Source of the DNA: Candidatus Poribacteria bacterium
Lineage (GTDB): Bacteria; Poribacteria; WGA-4E; PCPOR2b
DNA: 64,000 bases
Direction: 5' to 3'
Assembly (NCBI GenBank): GCA_965208675.1
Contig: OZ242351.1
Coordinates: 2,016,001 to 2,080,000, forward strand
Below, piece by piece: positions 10,433-21,500 of this stretch. Position 1 is the stretch's first letter; every line of letters begins with the position of its first letter. The notes under the pieces are model-generated. The model was given only the letters and a program-made list of their open reading frames with translations, ran no database searches and was not told the DNA's origin. A program made the translations under genes and the position numbers.

Positions 10433-13400
10433 ATGACTAAAAACAAACGCCTCATAGAAGTTGCTTTTCCGTTGAAGGAGGTTTCGCTGGATTCAGTGCA
10501 TGAGAAGAATGTACGGCATGGGCATATCTCGACGCTGCACATTTGGCCCGCGCGGAGACCGCTGGCAGCCGCCCGGGCCGCGCTCATCACTACGCTGCTT
10601 CCCGATCCCGGCAATGCCGACGAACGAAAAACCATCTTGAAACGCATGGCGGGTAAGGTTGTCGAGAAGACGGAACGCAAACGGCTAAACGGACGCATCG
10701 TTGAAAAGACCAAAGAGGTGACGGAGGGCGGCATCCTTCATTGGGGTAGAGAGAACGGCGAGGCGCTGCAGTGGTTTCGCGACGAGATTCGCAAGGCTTA
10801 CGGCGGGCGGGCGCCCAAAGTGCTAGACCCGTTTGCCGGCGGCGGCGCCATTCCGCTGGAAGCCATGCGCCTCGGCTGCGAGGTCACGGCTATGGACATC
10901 AACCCGGTGGCGTGGTTCATCCTAAAATGCACGCTCGAATACCCCCAGAAACTCGCAGGCCAGACGCGAGCGCTGCCCGAATTCGCCGTAGCTGACCGCG
11001 AATTCATGACATCCTACCTGAAAGCCAAGGGGTACAAGAGCAGTAGGCTGCGTACTGCACTTCATCGCCTCGGTCACGGCGACGGGAATGAAACCCAATT
11101 AGAACATCTCCCGCACGACGATTCGCTGCTTAAAGCAGACCTGGCGTGGCACGTCCGCGCCTGGGGGAAATGGGTGCTGGATAAGGCGCGAGCGGAGTTG
11201 GCACCCTACTATCCTACCTACGCAGAACGTGAGCCGATTGACCCCGACGCCGACTTTGAGCCACAGCCCCTAGAACTCTTAGCGGTTAATAAGAACGGTG
11301 TGCCTCAAATCGAGTCACTCAACGCCGAGTTCGACGACGACTACCTCAATGACGCGCGAAACCCGCGCTGGATTGCCAAGCCGACGGTCGCCTACCTGTG
11401 GGCGCGCACTGTCACCTGCAAACGATGCCGTGCCATGCTGCCCCTGCTCAAAACGCGCTGGCTGTGCAAGAAAGAAGGGAAGCGAATACTATTGACGATG
11501 GAACCAAACGCTGACGAGACCGGTGTTGTTTTTGGCGTACAGACCGACGTGCCCCAGAACGGCGGGAACAGCGCGCAGCGGCGGGAGCACGACAAGCGAA
11601 TCGGCACAGGCACCATGTCCCGCACCGGCGCCACCTGCCCATGCTGCGAGGCGATTATGACCATGGAGGATATCCGCCTTGAAGGGCGCGCCGGGCGATT
11701 GGACGCTGTGACGACGGTTGTCGTCGTGGAAGGGCAGAAAGGTAAGGAGTACCGTCTGCCAACCGACCACGAACGCGCTGCTGCAGAAGTTTCTGAAGAA
11801 CAACTTCGATCCCTCTATGCCGACATCCCCTTCGGCTTACCAGAAGAACCGACGCCTAAAGCCGGAATCGGCGCGTCACGGGCATTTTCGGTAGACGGGT
11901 ACGGATTTGATTCGTGGCGGAAGTTGTTCACAAATCGACAACTTGTGTGCCTTGGACAGTTCGTTAGCAAAATTCGCGAAGCGGATTTTGCTGTTCACCA
12001 ACACTGTGACAATCAATACTGGCGCCAAGCAATATTAGGAATTCTTTCATGTGGCTTTGACCGAATGCTCGACTTCAACTCGACGATACTATCTTGGATC
12101 ACGAGCGTCGAGGCAATCGGACACGTTTTCGTGCGATACGCGTTGCCGATGACTTGGGACTATTCCGAGGCTGTCCCGTATAATGATGTTCGCGGCGGGT
12201 GGATGATGTGTATTGCTGCAGTTTGTAAGGCTTTAGAAACAGCCGCGAATGCTACAAACGACCACGCTCCGGTTCCAAGAGTTAAAGTCGGGAGCGCGTC
12301 ATCTGCAAAGCACTCTGATACCTTTGACATAATAATAACTGACCCTCCTTACTATGACGCAATTGCATACTCCGATTTAATGGATTATTTCTATGTTTGG
12401 AACAGGAGGACTATTGGAAACACGAACAACGGTTTCGCCGACGTTTTTTCCAAGAGCACCGGACCAAAGTGGAATCATGACGTTTCTGACGGGGAACTAA
12501 TTGATGATGCAGGTCGATTCAACGGAGATTGCGCCGTTTCGAAGGAGAACTACGAACGGGGTATGGCGGAGTCATTTCGGCGCTGTTGGGAACATTTAAG
12601 CGAGACCGGTCGTTTGGTTATCGTATTCGCCAACAAAAGACCTCAGGCGTGGGAAACACTGGTTGGTGCGGTCATTCGTTCTGGCTTTGTCGTTGATGGA
12701 AGTTGGCCCGTTCAAACGGAACAATCTGCGCGAATGCGCGCTCAGAAATCGGCAGCCCTTGCATCCTCAATCTGGATTGTATGCAAGAAACGACCTCCTG
12801 CGCGCCCGGGCTGGGATCACACCGTCCTCGACGAGATGCGGAGTAATATTACCCAACAACTGCACGACTTTTGGGACGCCGGTATTCGGGGACCCGACTT
12901 TGTGTGGGCGGCGACAGGTCCAGCACTGGAAGCCTACAGCAAGTACCCGGTCGTTAAGAAGGCAACCGCTGATGGCGACCTGATGTCCGTCTCCGAGTTC
13001 CTGCGCGAGGTGCGTCGCATGGTCGTGGATTTTGTTGTCCATCGCGTCCTGCCCCATGACGGCGAGGCAGAAGCTACGACTGAACTGGATGATGTGACGA
13101 CGTACTATCTACTGCATCGTAACGACTTCAAGATGAAGGACGCCCCCGTCGGTGCTTGCATCCTCTACGCCTTGTCGTGCAATCTCTCCGACACCGCGCT
13201 AGTCAACCAGCACGATCTCCTAACCCAATCGGGAGCAAGAAATGCGGATGAGACGCCTGAATCAGAGGATGATGAGGAAGCGGAAAGCGGGGGCGGCGCC
13301 AAGATCAAACTCAAACCGTGGCACCGGCGGGGACGGCGCAGCCTCGGCCTTGAAGCCCCAAGCGGGCAACCGGTGCCGCTCATCGACCGCGTGCACAAGC

Positions 13401-13621
13401 TGATGCACCTCTGGCGCGCCGGCGATCAGGTTAAGGTGGACAACTACCTCAACGACCAAGGATTGCAACGAAACACTCTATTCAACCAGATTCTTCAGGC
13501 GCTCATCGAGTTGGCGGACGAAGGTTCCGAGGAACGATCGATTCTTGAATCGTTGAGCAACCACCTCGCCACGCAGGGTGAACTCAGCGAGTCGGGTCAA
13601 GGGTTGTTGTTTGAGGATTAG
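10433..13621 (+). CDS. DUF1156 adenine-specific DNA methyltransferase
   Basis: RLIEVAFP, LHIWPARRPL, SAM-binding DPFAGGG, catalytic TDPPYY, CKRC/CPCC Zn ribbon. Confidence 0.9.
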   Translation: MTKNKRLIEVAFPLKEVSLDSVHEKNVRHGHISTLHIWPARRPLAAARAALITTLLPDPGNADERKTILKRMAGKVVEKTERKRLNGRIVEKTKEVTEGGILHWGRENGEALQWFRDEIRKAYGGRAPKVLDPFAGGGAIPLEAMRLGCEVTAMDINPVAWFILKCTLEYPQKLAGQTRALPEFAVADREFMTSYLKAKGYKSSRLRTALHRLGHGDGNETQLEHLPHDDSLLKADLAWHVRAWGKWVLDKARAELAPYYPTYAEREPIDPDADFEPQPLELLAVNKNGVPQIESLNAEFDDDYLNDARNPRWIAKPTVAYLWARTVTCKRCRAMLPLLKTRWLCKKEGKRILLTMEPNADETGVVFGVQTDVPQNGGNSAQRREHDKRIGTGTMSRTGATCPCCEAIMTMEDIRLEGRAGRLDAVTTVVVVEGQKGKEYRLPTDHERAAAEVSEEQLRSLYADIPFGLPEEPTPKAGIGASRAFSVDGYGFDSWRKLFTNRQLVCLGQFVSKIREADFAVHQHCDNQYWRQAILGILSCGFDRMLDFNSTILSWITSVEAIGHVFVRYALPMTWDYSEAVPYNDVRGGWMMCIAAVCKALETAANATNDHAPVPRVKVGSASSAKHSDTFDIIITDPPYYDAIAYSDLMDYFYVWNRRTIGNTNNGFADVFSKSTGPKWNHDVSDGELIDDAGRFNGDCAVSKENYERGMAESFRRCWEHLSETGRLVIVFANKRPQAWETLVGAVIRSGFVVDGSWPVQTEQSARMRAQKSAALASSIWIVCKKRPPARPGWDHTVLDEMRSNITQQLHDFWDAGIRGPDFVWAATGPALEAYSKYPVVKKATADGDLMSVSEFLREVRRMVVDFVVHRVLPHDGEAEATTELDDVTTYYLLHRNDFKMKDAPVGACILYALSCNLSDTALVNQHDLLTQSGARNADETPESEDDEEAESGGGAKIKLKPWHRRGRRSLGLEAPSGQPVPLIDRVHKLMHLWRAGDQVKVDNYLNDQGLQRNTLFNQILQALIELADEGSEERSILESLSNHLATQGELSESGQGLLFED

Positions 13622-13658
13622 GCGACAGAAACGACTTTCGAACGTTTGGGTTGCCATT

Positions 13659-14855
13659 ACCTGTCGAACCGCTGGGGCTTAGATGTTGGTTGAATCGATG
13701 TTACTATATACCTTTCGCGCCGCTGGCGCTTAGGTGCGTGGAGTTTTTGGCGTTTCTGGAAGCCCCGGCGGGGCGTTAGGAGTATAAAATATCGGAGGCG
13801 TCATATGCCAAAGCCCCAGCGGGGCGATAGGTGGACGGTTGCGCGAAGGAAGCTACCATGGCTGACACGTATTCTCAAATTTACCTACACATTGTTTTTG
13901 CCGTCAAAGGTAGACAAAGCCTCATTCCAAAACAACACAAAGAAGCATTACACCAGTATATTACCCGGATTATCACCAACAAAAAGCAAACGGTAATTCG
14001 GATTAATTCAATGCCAGATCACATTCATATTCTCGTCGGTATGACTCCAAACATCGCGCTCTCCGATTTGGTGAGAGACATCAAAGCAAATTCGTCAAAA
14101 TTTATCAACACAAAGAGTTGGATAGCGGGAAGATTTGAATGGCAAACGGGATTTGGGGCGTTTTCGTATTCACATTCACAACTGAATGATGATGTCAATT
14201 ATATCAAGAATCAAGAAGAGCATCATACACGTCATACTTTTAGAGAGGAATATCTTTCGTTTTTGAAGCGTTTTGATGTTCCCTATAATCCGAAATATGT
14301 TTTTGATTTGGATGACGCATCCGAGAAATGATTTACCTGTCGCCCCGCTGGGGCTTTGATGTCGGGCGAATCAACGATGCTATATACCTGTCGCGCCGCT
14401 GGCGCTTAGTTGCGTGGAGATTTGCCGTTTCTGGATGCCCCGGTCAGACGTTAAGAGTACAAAAAATCATACGGCAATATGTCAAAGCCCCAGAAGGGAG
14501 ACAGGTGCACAGAAAGGGCATGGCCAACAATCATAGGCCTCAGCGTAAGATATACAGATCTCAAATCGAAAAAAACTTCAATATAGGTGAAAATTCCATC
14601 AACCTGATTGAATAATGCGAGACAAGGCACCACCTGTCGCCTCTCTGGGGCTTTGATGTCAGGTGAATCAACGCTGCTGTATACCTGTCGCGCCGCTGGC
14701 GCTTAATTGCGTGGAGATTTGCCGTTTCTGGATGCCCCGGCCGGGCGTTAGGAGTATAAAATATCGGAGGCGCCATATACCAAAGCCCCAGCGGGGCGAC
14801 AGGTATATAGAAATTCGGAGGTCCTACCTATTAAAGCCCCAGAGGGGCGACAGGT
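13659..14855. repeat. REP/REPIN-like array flanking tnpA: three ~175-bp units (13659-13832, 14335-14506, 14632-14804) plus an extra REP (14833-14855)
   Basis: Each unit is bounded by inverted ACCTGTCGCCCCGCTGGGGCTT / AAGCCCCAGCGGGGCGACAGGT, with homologous interiors containing further degenerate REPs. Confidence 0.85.
13858..14331 (+). CDS. tnpA: IS200/IS605-family Y1 (HUH) transposase, REP-associated
   Basis: HIVFAVKGR, HUH motif DHIHIL, FEWQTGFGAFS, catalytic Tyr YIKNQ; no tnpB. Confidence 0.9.
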   Translation: MADTYSQIYLHIVFAVKGRQSLIPKQHKEALHQYITRIITNKKQTVIRINSMPDHIHILVGMTPNIALSDLVRDIKANSSKFINTKSWIAGRFEWQTGFGAFSYSHSQLNDDVNYIKNQEEHHTRHTFREEYLSFLKRFDVPYNPKYVFDLDDASEK

Positions 14856-15220
14856 GTATAGGATCGTGGTACACCATACGCCAAAACCACAGCATGGGAT
14901 TAAGTAACCGATTAAAAAGTTTTTAGAGCTTGTTTGCACAATACGGTGACAAAATCGATTTTTAGACAATTGGCGTACCATTTCATGTGAAATCTCTATC
15001 GCACTCTCTATTCGGTAGCTTGATCCCACGCCGGGGCTTAGATGCATGGGATCCCGTCTTCGAGTGATGATTGAAGATTGAGTTTAAGGCAAATTGTGCG
15101 ATTAAGGATGGGTTTCCAAACGGGTTCACATCTGCGACAATCCGTTTTTTTAGACATTTGTGAAAAACTCAACACGCTGACACGCGAAGTAATCCTTCAC
15201 CAAACGAGGATGACATAAAT

Positions 15221-18200
15221 ATGAAATCGACACCGAAACCGTGGCATGAAGTTGTGCAGCTGCGCGACGATGTAAGAACCCGCGATCTTTCACTCGCGGT
15301 GTTTGCCGCTGACCTTTACGATGTGGTGATGCAAAAGGGTAAGCGCCCTGCTTACGAGAATCCTGACGAGTTCTTTGCCCTCACCTATCCCACGTACAAC
15401 CTGCGCGAACTGGTCAAGGACGTTGTCCTGCGGTTGGCACGCCGGAGCGACAAGGCGTATCGGACACTCTCCGTCAACTACGGCGGCGGAAAGACGCATA
15501 CGCTCATCACGCTCAAGCATCTGGTGGAAGACCCTACGGCGCTGCCGGAACTTCCCGCAATTGATGAGTTTGAAGCACACATTGGACAGAAGCCTCCATC
15601 GACTCGGTGCGCGGCGTTGTGTTTTGACAAGTTTGATTTGGAGAAGGGCGTCGAAACGCGCGGTCCCGACGGCTCGGTCGCCCAACTCAAACGTCCGTGG
15701 AGCGTGCTCGCCTATCAGATTGCTGGTTCGGACGGTCTACGGCTGCTTCATGCCGATGGCAAAGATATTGAGCGCGACACGCCGCCCGCAGAACCTGTAT
15801 TATCCGATCTGCTGTCAAAGCCGCAGAGAGACAATCTCTCGACTTTGGTTCTCTTGGACGAGGTGCTGATGTACCTGCGCGATATGGTCGAAACCGACAA
15901 GAGTTGGCGTGGGCGTCTCATCAATTTCTTCCAACACCTCACGAGCGCCGTGGTTAGGGTTGACCGCTGCGCCATGGTGGCGTCGCTGCGCGCCTCGGAT
16001 CCCAAGAAGCACGACAGTGTGGGAAATGAACTCCTTGGCGATGTGTCTGATGTCTTTGGCAGACAGATGGAGGAGGCAGCCAGCCCCGTGAGCAAAGAGG
16101 ACGTGGCGGAGGTGCTCCGGCGGCGTTTTTTCAAACCGGAGTCCATACAAGACAAGGACTCTTTTCGGCCTCAAGTGACCGCTGTCATCCGCAGCGTCTC
16201 CGCGCTTGATGAAGAGACGAAGAAGGCGCAGAAGGCGGAGGAGGAGCGATATTTGAACAGTTATCCGTTCCACCCGGACCTCACCGAAACCTTCTACAGC
16301 CGCTGGACGCAGCTTGAAAGATTTCAACGCACACGAGGTATTCTACGCACTTTCGCTACGGCGTTGCGCGACGCCGAAAAGTGGGACAAGGCGCCTTTAG
16401 TGGGCCCCAATGTGTTCCTTGCTGAACCGGGAAAGTCCGGTTTGACTGAAGCTGCGGGCGAACTCGCCTCCTTTGCCAGCGTTGATGCGACATCGGGTCA
16501 ACATCAAGAATGGGCGCCTATCCTTGAGGGCGAGTTAAAAAAGGCGGCTATCATCCAGTCTGAAACCACCGGTTTAAGCGGTAGAGAGATAGAGCAGGCG
16601 GTCATGACTGTGTTCTTGAGTTCCCAGCCAACCGGTCAAAAAGCGTTGACGCCGGAGCTGATGGTATTGATTGGCACAGCCAACCCGGATAAAATTGGGT
16701 TGGAAAAAGCGCTGCGCCGCTGGACGGAATTGTCTTGGTTTTTGGACGAACAGGAGGTTGCCACCGGAGAATCCGATGCCGGCGGCGCCACAGCATTGCC
16801 TAAGGCTTGGCGGCTAGGCAACCGCCCCAACCTGCGACAGATGCATCACGCGGCATGTACGACTCGTGTTCCCCCAAGTCTTATCGATTCAAAGATTATT
16901 GAGGCGATTGAGAAACAGAAAGAACTGGTTTCAGGCGCCTCCGCTGCTGGCGCCAAGGTGCACAAGTTGCCTGAACAACCCCGCCATATCGCAGATGACG
17001 GCGATTTCCACTATGCGATTCTTCGTCCGAGTGCAGTCTCGGAATCCGGCAAACCGAGTGCCGAAGCCAAGCGGTTCATTAATGAAACAACGACGCCCGA
17101 CCGTCCGCGGGTGTATCGCAATGCGGTCGTATTGGCGGTGCCTTCTAAGGATGGGTTAGAAGTGGCGCGGTTGCGAGTCCGAGAGTACCTCGGCTGGGAG
17201 GAGGTTCGGGATCAACTGAAAGACCAACAGATAGATGCTATCCGAGACCGGATGCTCGTTAACGAGATGGACCGGGCGCGCAGACGCATTCCCGATGCAA
17301 TTAAGCAGGCGTATTCTATCGTGGTGACGGTCAACGAGGGCAATGAGATTCACGCTTTCAAAGTAGTTGTGGCCGACGAACCGCTGTTTACGACTATCAA
17401 GGCGGACAAGCGAGCCCGAATCCAAGAGACGGCGATCAGCGCTGAAGCCATGATGCCGGGAGGGCCTTACGACCTGTGGCGCAACGACGAGCAGTCGCGC
17501 CGCGTGAAGGATTTGGTCGGGGCTTTCGCACAATTCGCGAAACTGCCCAAGATGCTGCGGCCTAAGGGAATTTTAGACACTGTAGTTGGCGGCGTCCGGC
17601 AGGGCATCTGGGCGGCACAATACACGCGTCCGAATAAGACGACGAAGACCTTTTGGCGCACGGCTATTGATGAACCCGCCCTCAAAGATCCAAGTCTTGA
17701 AGTGCTGCTGCCGGAATCGGCAACTTTGAGCGAACTTCCGTCCAACCTGCTCAAGCACCAAGAGTTGCCGGGGCTTTGGCCGTCCGATGAGTTTACGGTT
17801 CAAAGCTTGTACGACTACTTCGCAGGGGGTTATGTCGTGAACATTCAAAAGGACGGTTATGAAGAGCCGCTCACCATCCCCAAATGCGATCCTGCGGTCG
17901 TTGATGCGGCAGTATTGGAAGCTGTCGAACTGGGGACGCTCTGGTTGACCAGCGGACCGGCTTCAATTCTTAATGAACCCGTGCCTGCCGGCGTGCTTAA
18001 CCCCGAGGCGACCCTACGACCGCCGCCTGCCCCGATTCCTGTGAATGAGTTGATGGAGGAGGCAACCCCCCAGGCGTGGGAGGATGGCAAAACTACGGCG
18101 CTCGCCCTAGTTACTGCGCTCTCGCAAAAACGGGGTGCGACGCTGCCGTGGCAGACGGTGCGTTCGGCGATAGATGACGCTATTCGTGCGAAATGGCTGG

Positions 18201-18514
18201 CACTACGTAACGACAGCGCGTACTGGCCGTGCGACTTGACGAGCGCTCAACACGTGGTGCTTCAAATCCCACAAATTAAGGATCCCGATCCGCCGATTCC
18301 CCCGGGTGTCCTTGTAGCCACGGCGGATTTAGAAGCCCACGGCATTCAAGACTTAGCGGATCAGATTCCGGGTATTACAGACGCGGCGATCGGCGAGGAC
18401 TTAAAATTTAACATCCGCGTTGAGCTCGGGGGCGAAACACCGCCCGACCCAGAGACGGTTGAAAAAATCAACAGGCTGCTCGCCGAGGTGTCCGAGGACA
18501 TGAAACTGGAGTGA
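15221..18514 (+). CDS. DUF499 AAA+ ATPase of the restriction-like system
   Basis: KPWHEVV N-terminus, FFALTYPT, Walker A YGGGKTH, LLDE, YPFHP, FQRTRGILR. Confidence 0.9.
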   Translation: MKSTPKPWHEVVQLRDDVRTRDLSLAVFAADLYDVVMQKGKRPAYENPDEFFALTYPTYNLRELVKDVVLRLARRSDKAYRTLSVNYGGGKTHTLITLKHLVEDPTALPELPAIDEFEAHIGQKPPSTRCAALCFDKFDLEKGVETRGPDGSVAQLKRPWSVLAYQIAGSDGLRLLHADGKDIERDTPPAEPVLSDLLSKPQRDNLSTLVLLDEVLMYLRDMVETDKSWRGRLINFFQHLTSAVVRVDRCAMVASLRASDPKKHDSVGNELLGDVSDVFGRQMEEAASPVSKEDVAEVLRRRFFKPESIQDKDSFRPQVTAVIRSVSALDEETKKAQKAEEERYLNSYPFHPDLTETFYSRWTQLERFQRTRGILRTFATALRDAEKWDKAPLVGPNVFLAEPGKSGLTEAAGELASFASVDATSGQHQEWAPILEGELKKAAIIQSETTGLSGREIEQAVMTVFLSSQPTGQKALTPELMVLIGTANPDKIGLEKALRRWTELSWFLDEQEVATGESDAGGATALPKAWRLGNRPNLRQMHHAACTTRVPPSLIDSKIIEAIEKQKELVSGASAAGAKVHKLPEQPRHIADDGDFHYAILRPSAVSESGKPSAEAKRFINETTTPDRPRVYRNAVVLAVPSKDGLEVARLRVREYLGWEEVRDQLKDQQIDAIRDRMLVNEMDRARRRIPDAIKQAYSIVVTVNEGNEIHAFKVVVADEPLFTTIKADKRARIQETAISAEAMMPGGPYDLWRNDEQSRRVKDLVGAFAQFAKLPKMLRPKGILDTVVGGVRQGIWAAQYTRPNKTTKTFWRTAIDEPALKDPSLEVLLPESATLSELPSNLLKHQELPGLWPSDEFTVQSLYDYFAGGYVVNIQKDGYEEPLTIPKCDPAVVDAAVLEAVELGTLWLTSGPASILNEPVPAGVLNPEATLRPPPAPIPVNELMEEATPQAWEDGKTTALALVTALSQKRGATLPWQTVRSAIDDAIRAKWLALRNDSAYWPCDLTSAQHVVLQIPQIKDPDPPIPPGVLVATADLEAHGIQDLADQIPGITDAAIGEDLKFNIRVELGGETPPDPETVEKINRLLAEVSEDMKLE

Positions 18515-18515
18515 T

Positions 18516-21500
18516 ATGCACACGTATGAGGGTGGGATTCGGCTTAGTGCTTCTGATTTAGTTAATCATCTGAGTTGCCGGCATCTGACGCGGTTGAATA
18601 CGGCAGCGGCGCTGGGGGAAATGGTTGCGCCGTCACCCCACGATCCCTTCTTGGAGTTGCTGCAGCAGCGGGGTGCAGAACACGAGGAGAATTATATCCG
18701 GCACCTGAAGGACCGCGGGTTGGAAATTGTTCGCATTGGCGGCGACTCCGTTCAGGACATGAACGTAAATCAGACGGAGGCAGCCATGCGCCGCGGGGCG
18801 GAGGTCATCGTTCAGGGTGCGCTCGCGCACGGACGGTGGTGCGGACGCGCCGATATCCTGCGGCGCGTAGAGGCGCCCAGCCGGCTCGGTAGATGGTCTT
18901 ACGAGGTCTACGACACCAAGCTCTCCCGCGAGACCAAAGGCGCAACCATTCTGCAGTTGTCCCTGTATACCGACCTAGTTGAGCAGATTCAAGGGGAACG
19001 CCCGAAACAGATGTACGTGGTCGTCCCATGGACGGAATTTCAGGAAGAACCGTACCGTACCGATGACTACGCGGCCTACTACCGGTTGGTTCGGCGCAGC
19101 CTAGAGCAGGCGTTGGACGAAGATGTGCCCGCCGATACCTACCCGGATCCCAAACCGCATTGCGATATCTGCCGCTGGCAGCGCCCATGCGAACAGCGCC
19201 GTCGTAATGACGATCATCTTTGTTTGGTGGCGGGAATTTCGAACTCGCAGATTCGAGAACTTCAGTCACGAGACGTTAGCACGACCGCAACCCTGGCGGA
19301 AGAGCCGCTTCCGCTGGCTTGGCAACCGAAACGCGGCGCGAAGTGGAGTTACGAACGGGCGCGAGAGCAGGCGCGAGTGCAGGTAGCGGGGCGGACACAG
19401 AATAGGCTGATCTTCGAAACGCTGGAATTAGCGCCGGACCGCGGCCTCTCCATGCTACCCGAGCCGTCGCCGGGGGACATGTTCTTCGATTTCGAGGGCG
19501 ACCCGTTCGTCGGTGAGGGCGGACTGGATTATCTGTTTGGTTATATTGTCACCGGCGCAGATGGGGTGCACCGGCACTCCGCACTTTGGGCGTTCACTCG
19601 TGCGGACGAGAAAGACAGTTTTGAGCGCTTCGTCGACCTCGTGATTGCGCGCTGGGCGGAGTATCCAGGCATGCACATCTACCACTTCGGCGGCTACGCG
19701 CCGGGGGCGATGAAGCGGTTGATGGGGCGCTACGCCACCCGCGAGGAAGAGGTTGACCGGATGCTGCGGGCAGGTCTTTTTATCGATCTCTACCGCGTAA
19801 TGCGCGAAGGGATTCGTGCCAGCGTGGAGAGTTATTCACTCAAGAATATGGAGGCGTTCTATGGCTTCCAGCGCAGCGTGCCGCATAGGGAAGCTTACCT
19901 GTCCAACTTCAGTATCCAGTCGGCTCTGGAGTTAGGCGATGCACTTAGTATCAGCGATTTTGACAAGGCAACCGTGGCGCGCGCTAACCGGGACCGCTGC
20001 GTCTCCGCATCACGGTTGCGCGATTGGCTGGAACAGGAACGGGAAAAGCTCATCGAGTCCGGCGAGGACATTGAAAGACCTGCAGCGGGAGACGGGGAGG
20101 CGTCGGAGTCGATTAGTGAACGCCAAGAACGGGTCGCGACGTTATCCGAAGCCATCGCTGGGGATGTCCCAGCGGATTCGGAGGAACGGACCGCAGAGCA
20201 ACAGGCGAGGTGGGTGCTGGCAAACCTGTTGGACTGGCACCGACGCGAGGAGAAGGCGACGTGGTGGGAGTTCTTCAGGTTGGCCGATTTGTCCGCAGAG
20301 GACTTGAGCGAGGAGCGGTCTGCACTCTCCGGACTCGCGTTCATAGGTACTGTTGGCGGAACGGATGAAAGACCCGTGCACCGATACCAGTTTGAACCTC
20401 AACAGACCGAACTGAAGGGCGGCGAGTCTCTGCGCGGTGTTGGAGGGGAATGGTACGGGACGTTGGATCAAATTAATTTAGAGGATCGCACCGTAGACAT
20501 AAAGAAAGGCGGCGACAATGCCAATGTACATCATCCTGCGGTCTACGCTCAAAACTACGTTCGCACTCATGTGCTTGCGGATGCCCTCTTGCGCATCGGC
20601 GAACACGTTGCTGAGAACGGCATTACCGTCGGCGGCGACAATAACGCTGCCCAGGATCTCTTGCTGCGGCAGCCGCCTCGCTTGGAAGGAAATCCTATCC
20701 GCCGGGGAGGAGAAACCGCTTTGCAGGCGGCTACCCGTATCGCGCCCTTGCTAGACGCGGGCGTGTTGCCGGTCCAAGGGCCGCCGGGCGCGGGCAAGAC
20801 TTACACCGGTGCGCGGATGATTGTTGAGCTTATCAAAAGCGGCAAACAGGTCGGTATCACCGCCAACAGCCACAAGGTTATACGAAATCTTTTGGACGAG
20901 GTGATGCGCGCGGCTCAAGGACAGGACATCCCGGTCGAGGCGATCCAGAAATGTTCTGAGGAGGACTTTGAGGAAAGCGCGTACGGCATTGCGCGGGCAA
21001 CGAGCAATGCCGGCTTGTTCTCTGCGCTAGCTTTTGGGACAGAGGTTGCCGGCGGCTCAGCTTGGTTATGGAGCCGTCCGGAGGCGCATGGCGTAGTAGA
21101 CGTGCTATTTATTGATGAGGCGGCACAGATGTCTCTCGCTAACGTTCTCGCGGTGTCGCATGCCGCCGACAGCCTAGTTCTGTTGGGCGACCCGCAGCAG
21201 TTAGACCAACCGACTAAGGGTACGCACCCCGACGGCACCGGCGTCTCAGCTCTGGCTCATCTGTTGGGCGGCCGACAGACGATTGCGGAGCATCAGGGGT
21301 TGTTCCTAGAGGAGACCTGGCGGTTGCATCCCAAAGTATGCGAGTTCACGTCCGACGCCTTTTACCAAGGTAGGTTGAAATCACGCCAGGGCATGGAGAT
21401 TCAAAAGCTCAACTCTAGCAGTCCCGTATCGGGCACGGGGCTGCGCTTAATGCCGGTGCACCATGAAGGGAATCGAAATTCGTCGGTTGAAGAGGCGGAG

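Noticed and set aside
13659-14855. CRISPR array (also 26164-26280)
   Set aside because: Repeats occur in both orientations, are degenerate, have homologous 'spacers' and flank a Y1 transposase; no cas genes are present.
14328-15047. Short ORFs over the REP array
   Set aside because: They are translations of palindromic repeats (LSPRWG/PQRGDR).
59-18514. BREX or DISARM assignment
   Set aside because: No pglZ, brxA/B/L, or drmA/drmB/drmC is recognisable; DUF1156 + DUF499 fits the restriction-like class.
18516-19250. cas4 gene
   Set aside because: The RecB/Cas4-like domain is part of a TM0106 nuclease-helicase fusion; no cas1/cas2 or array.
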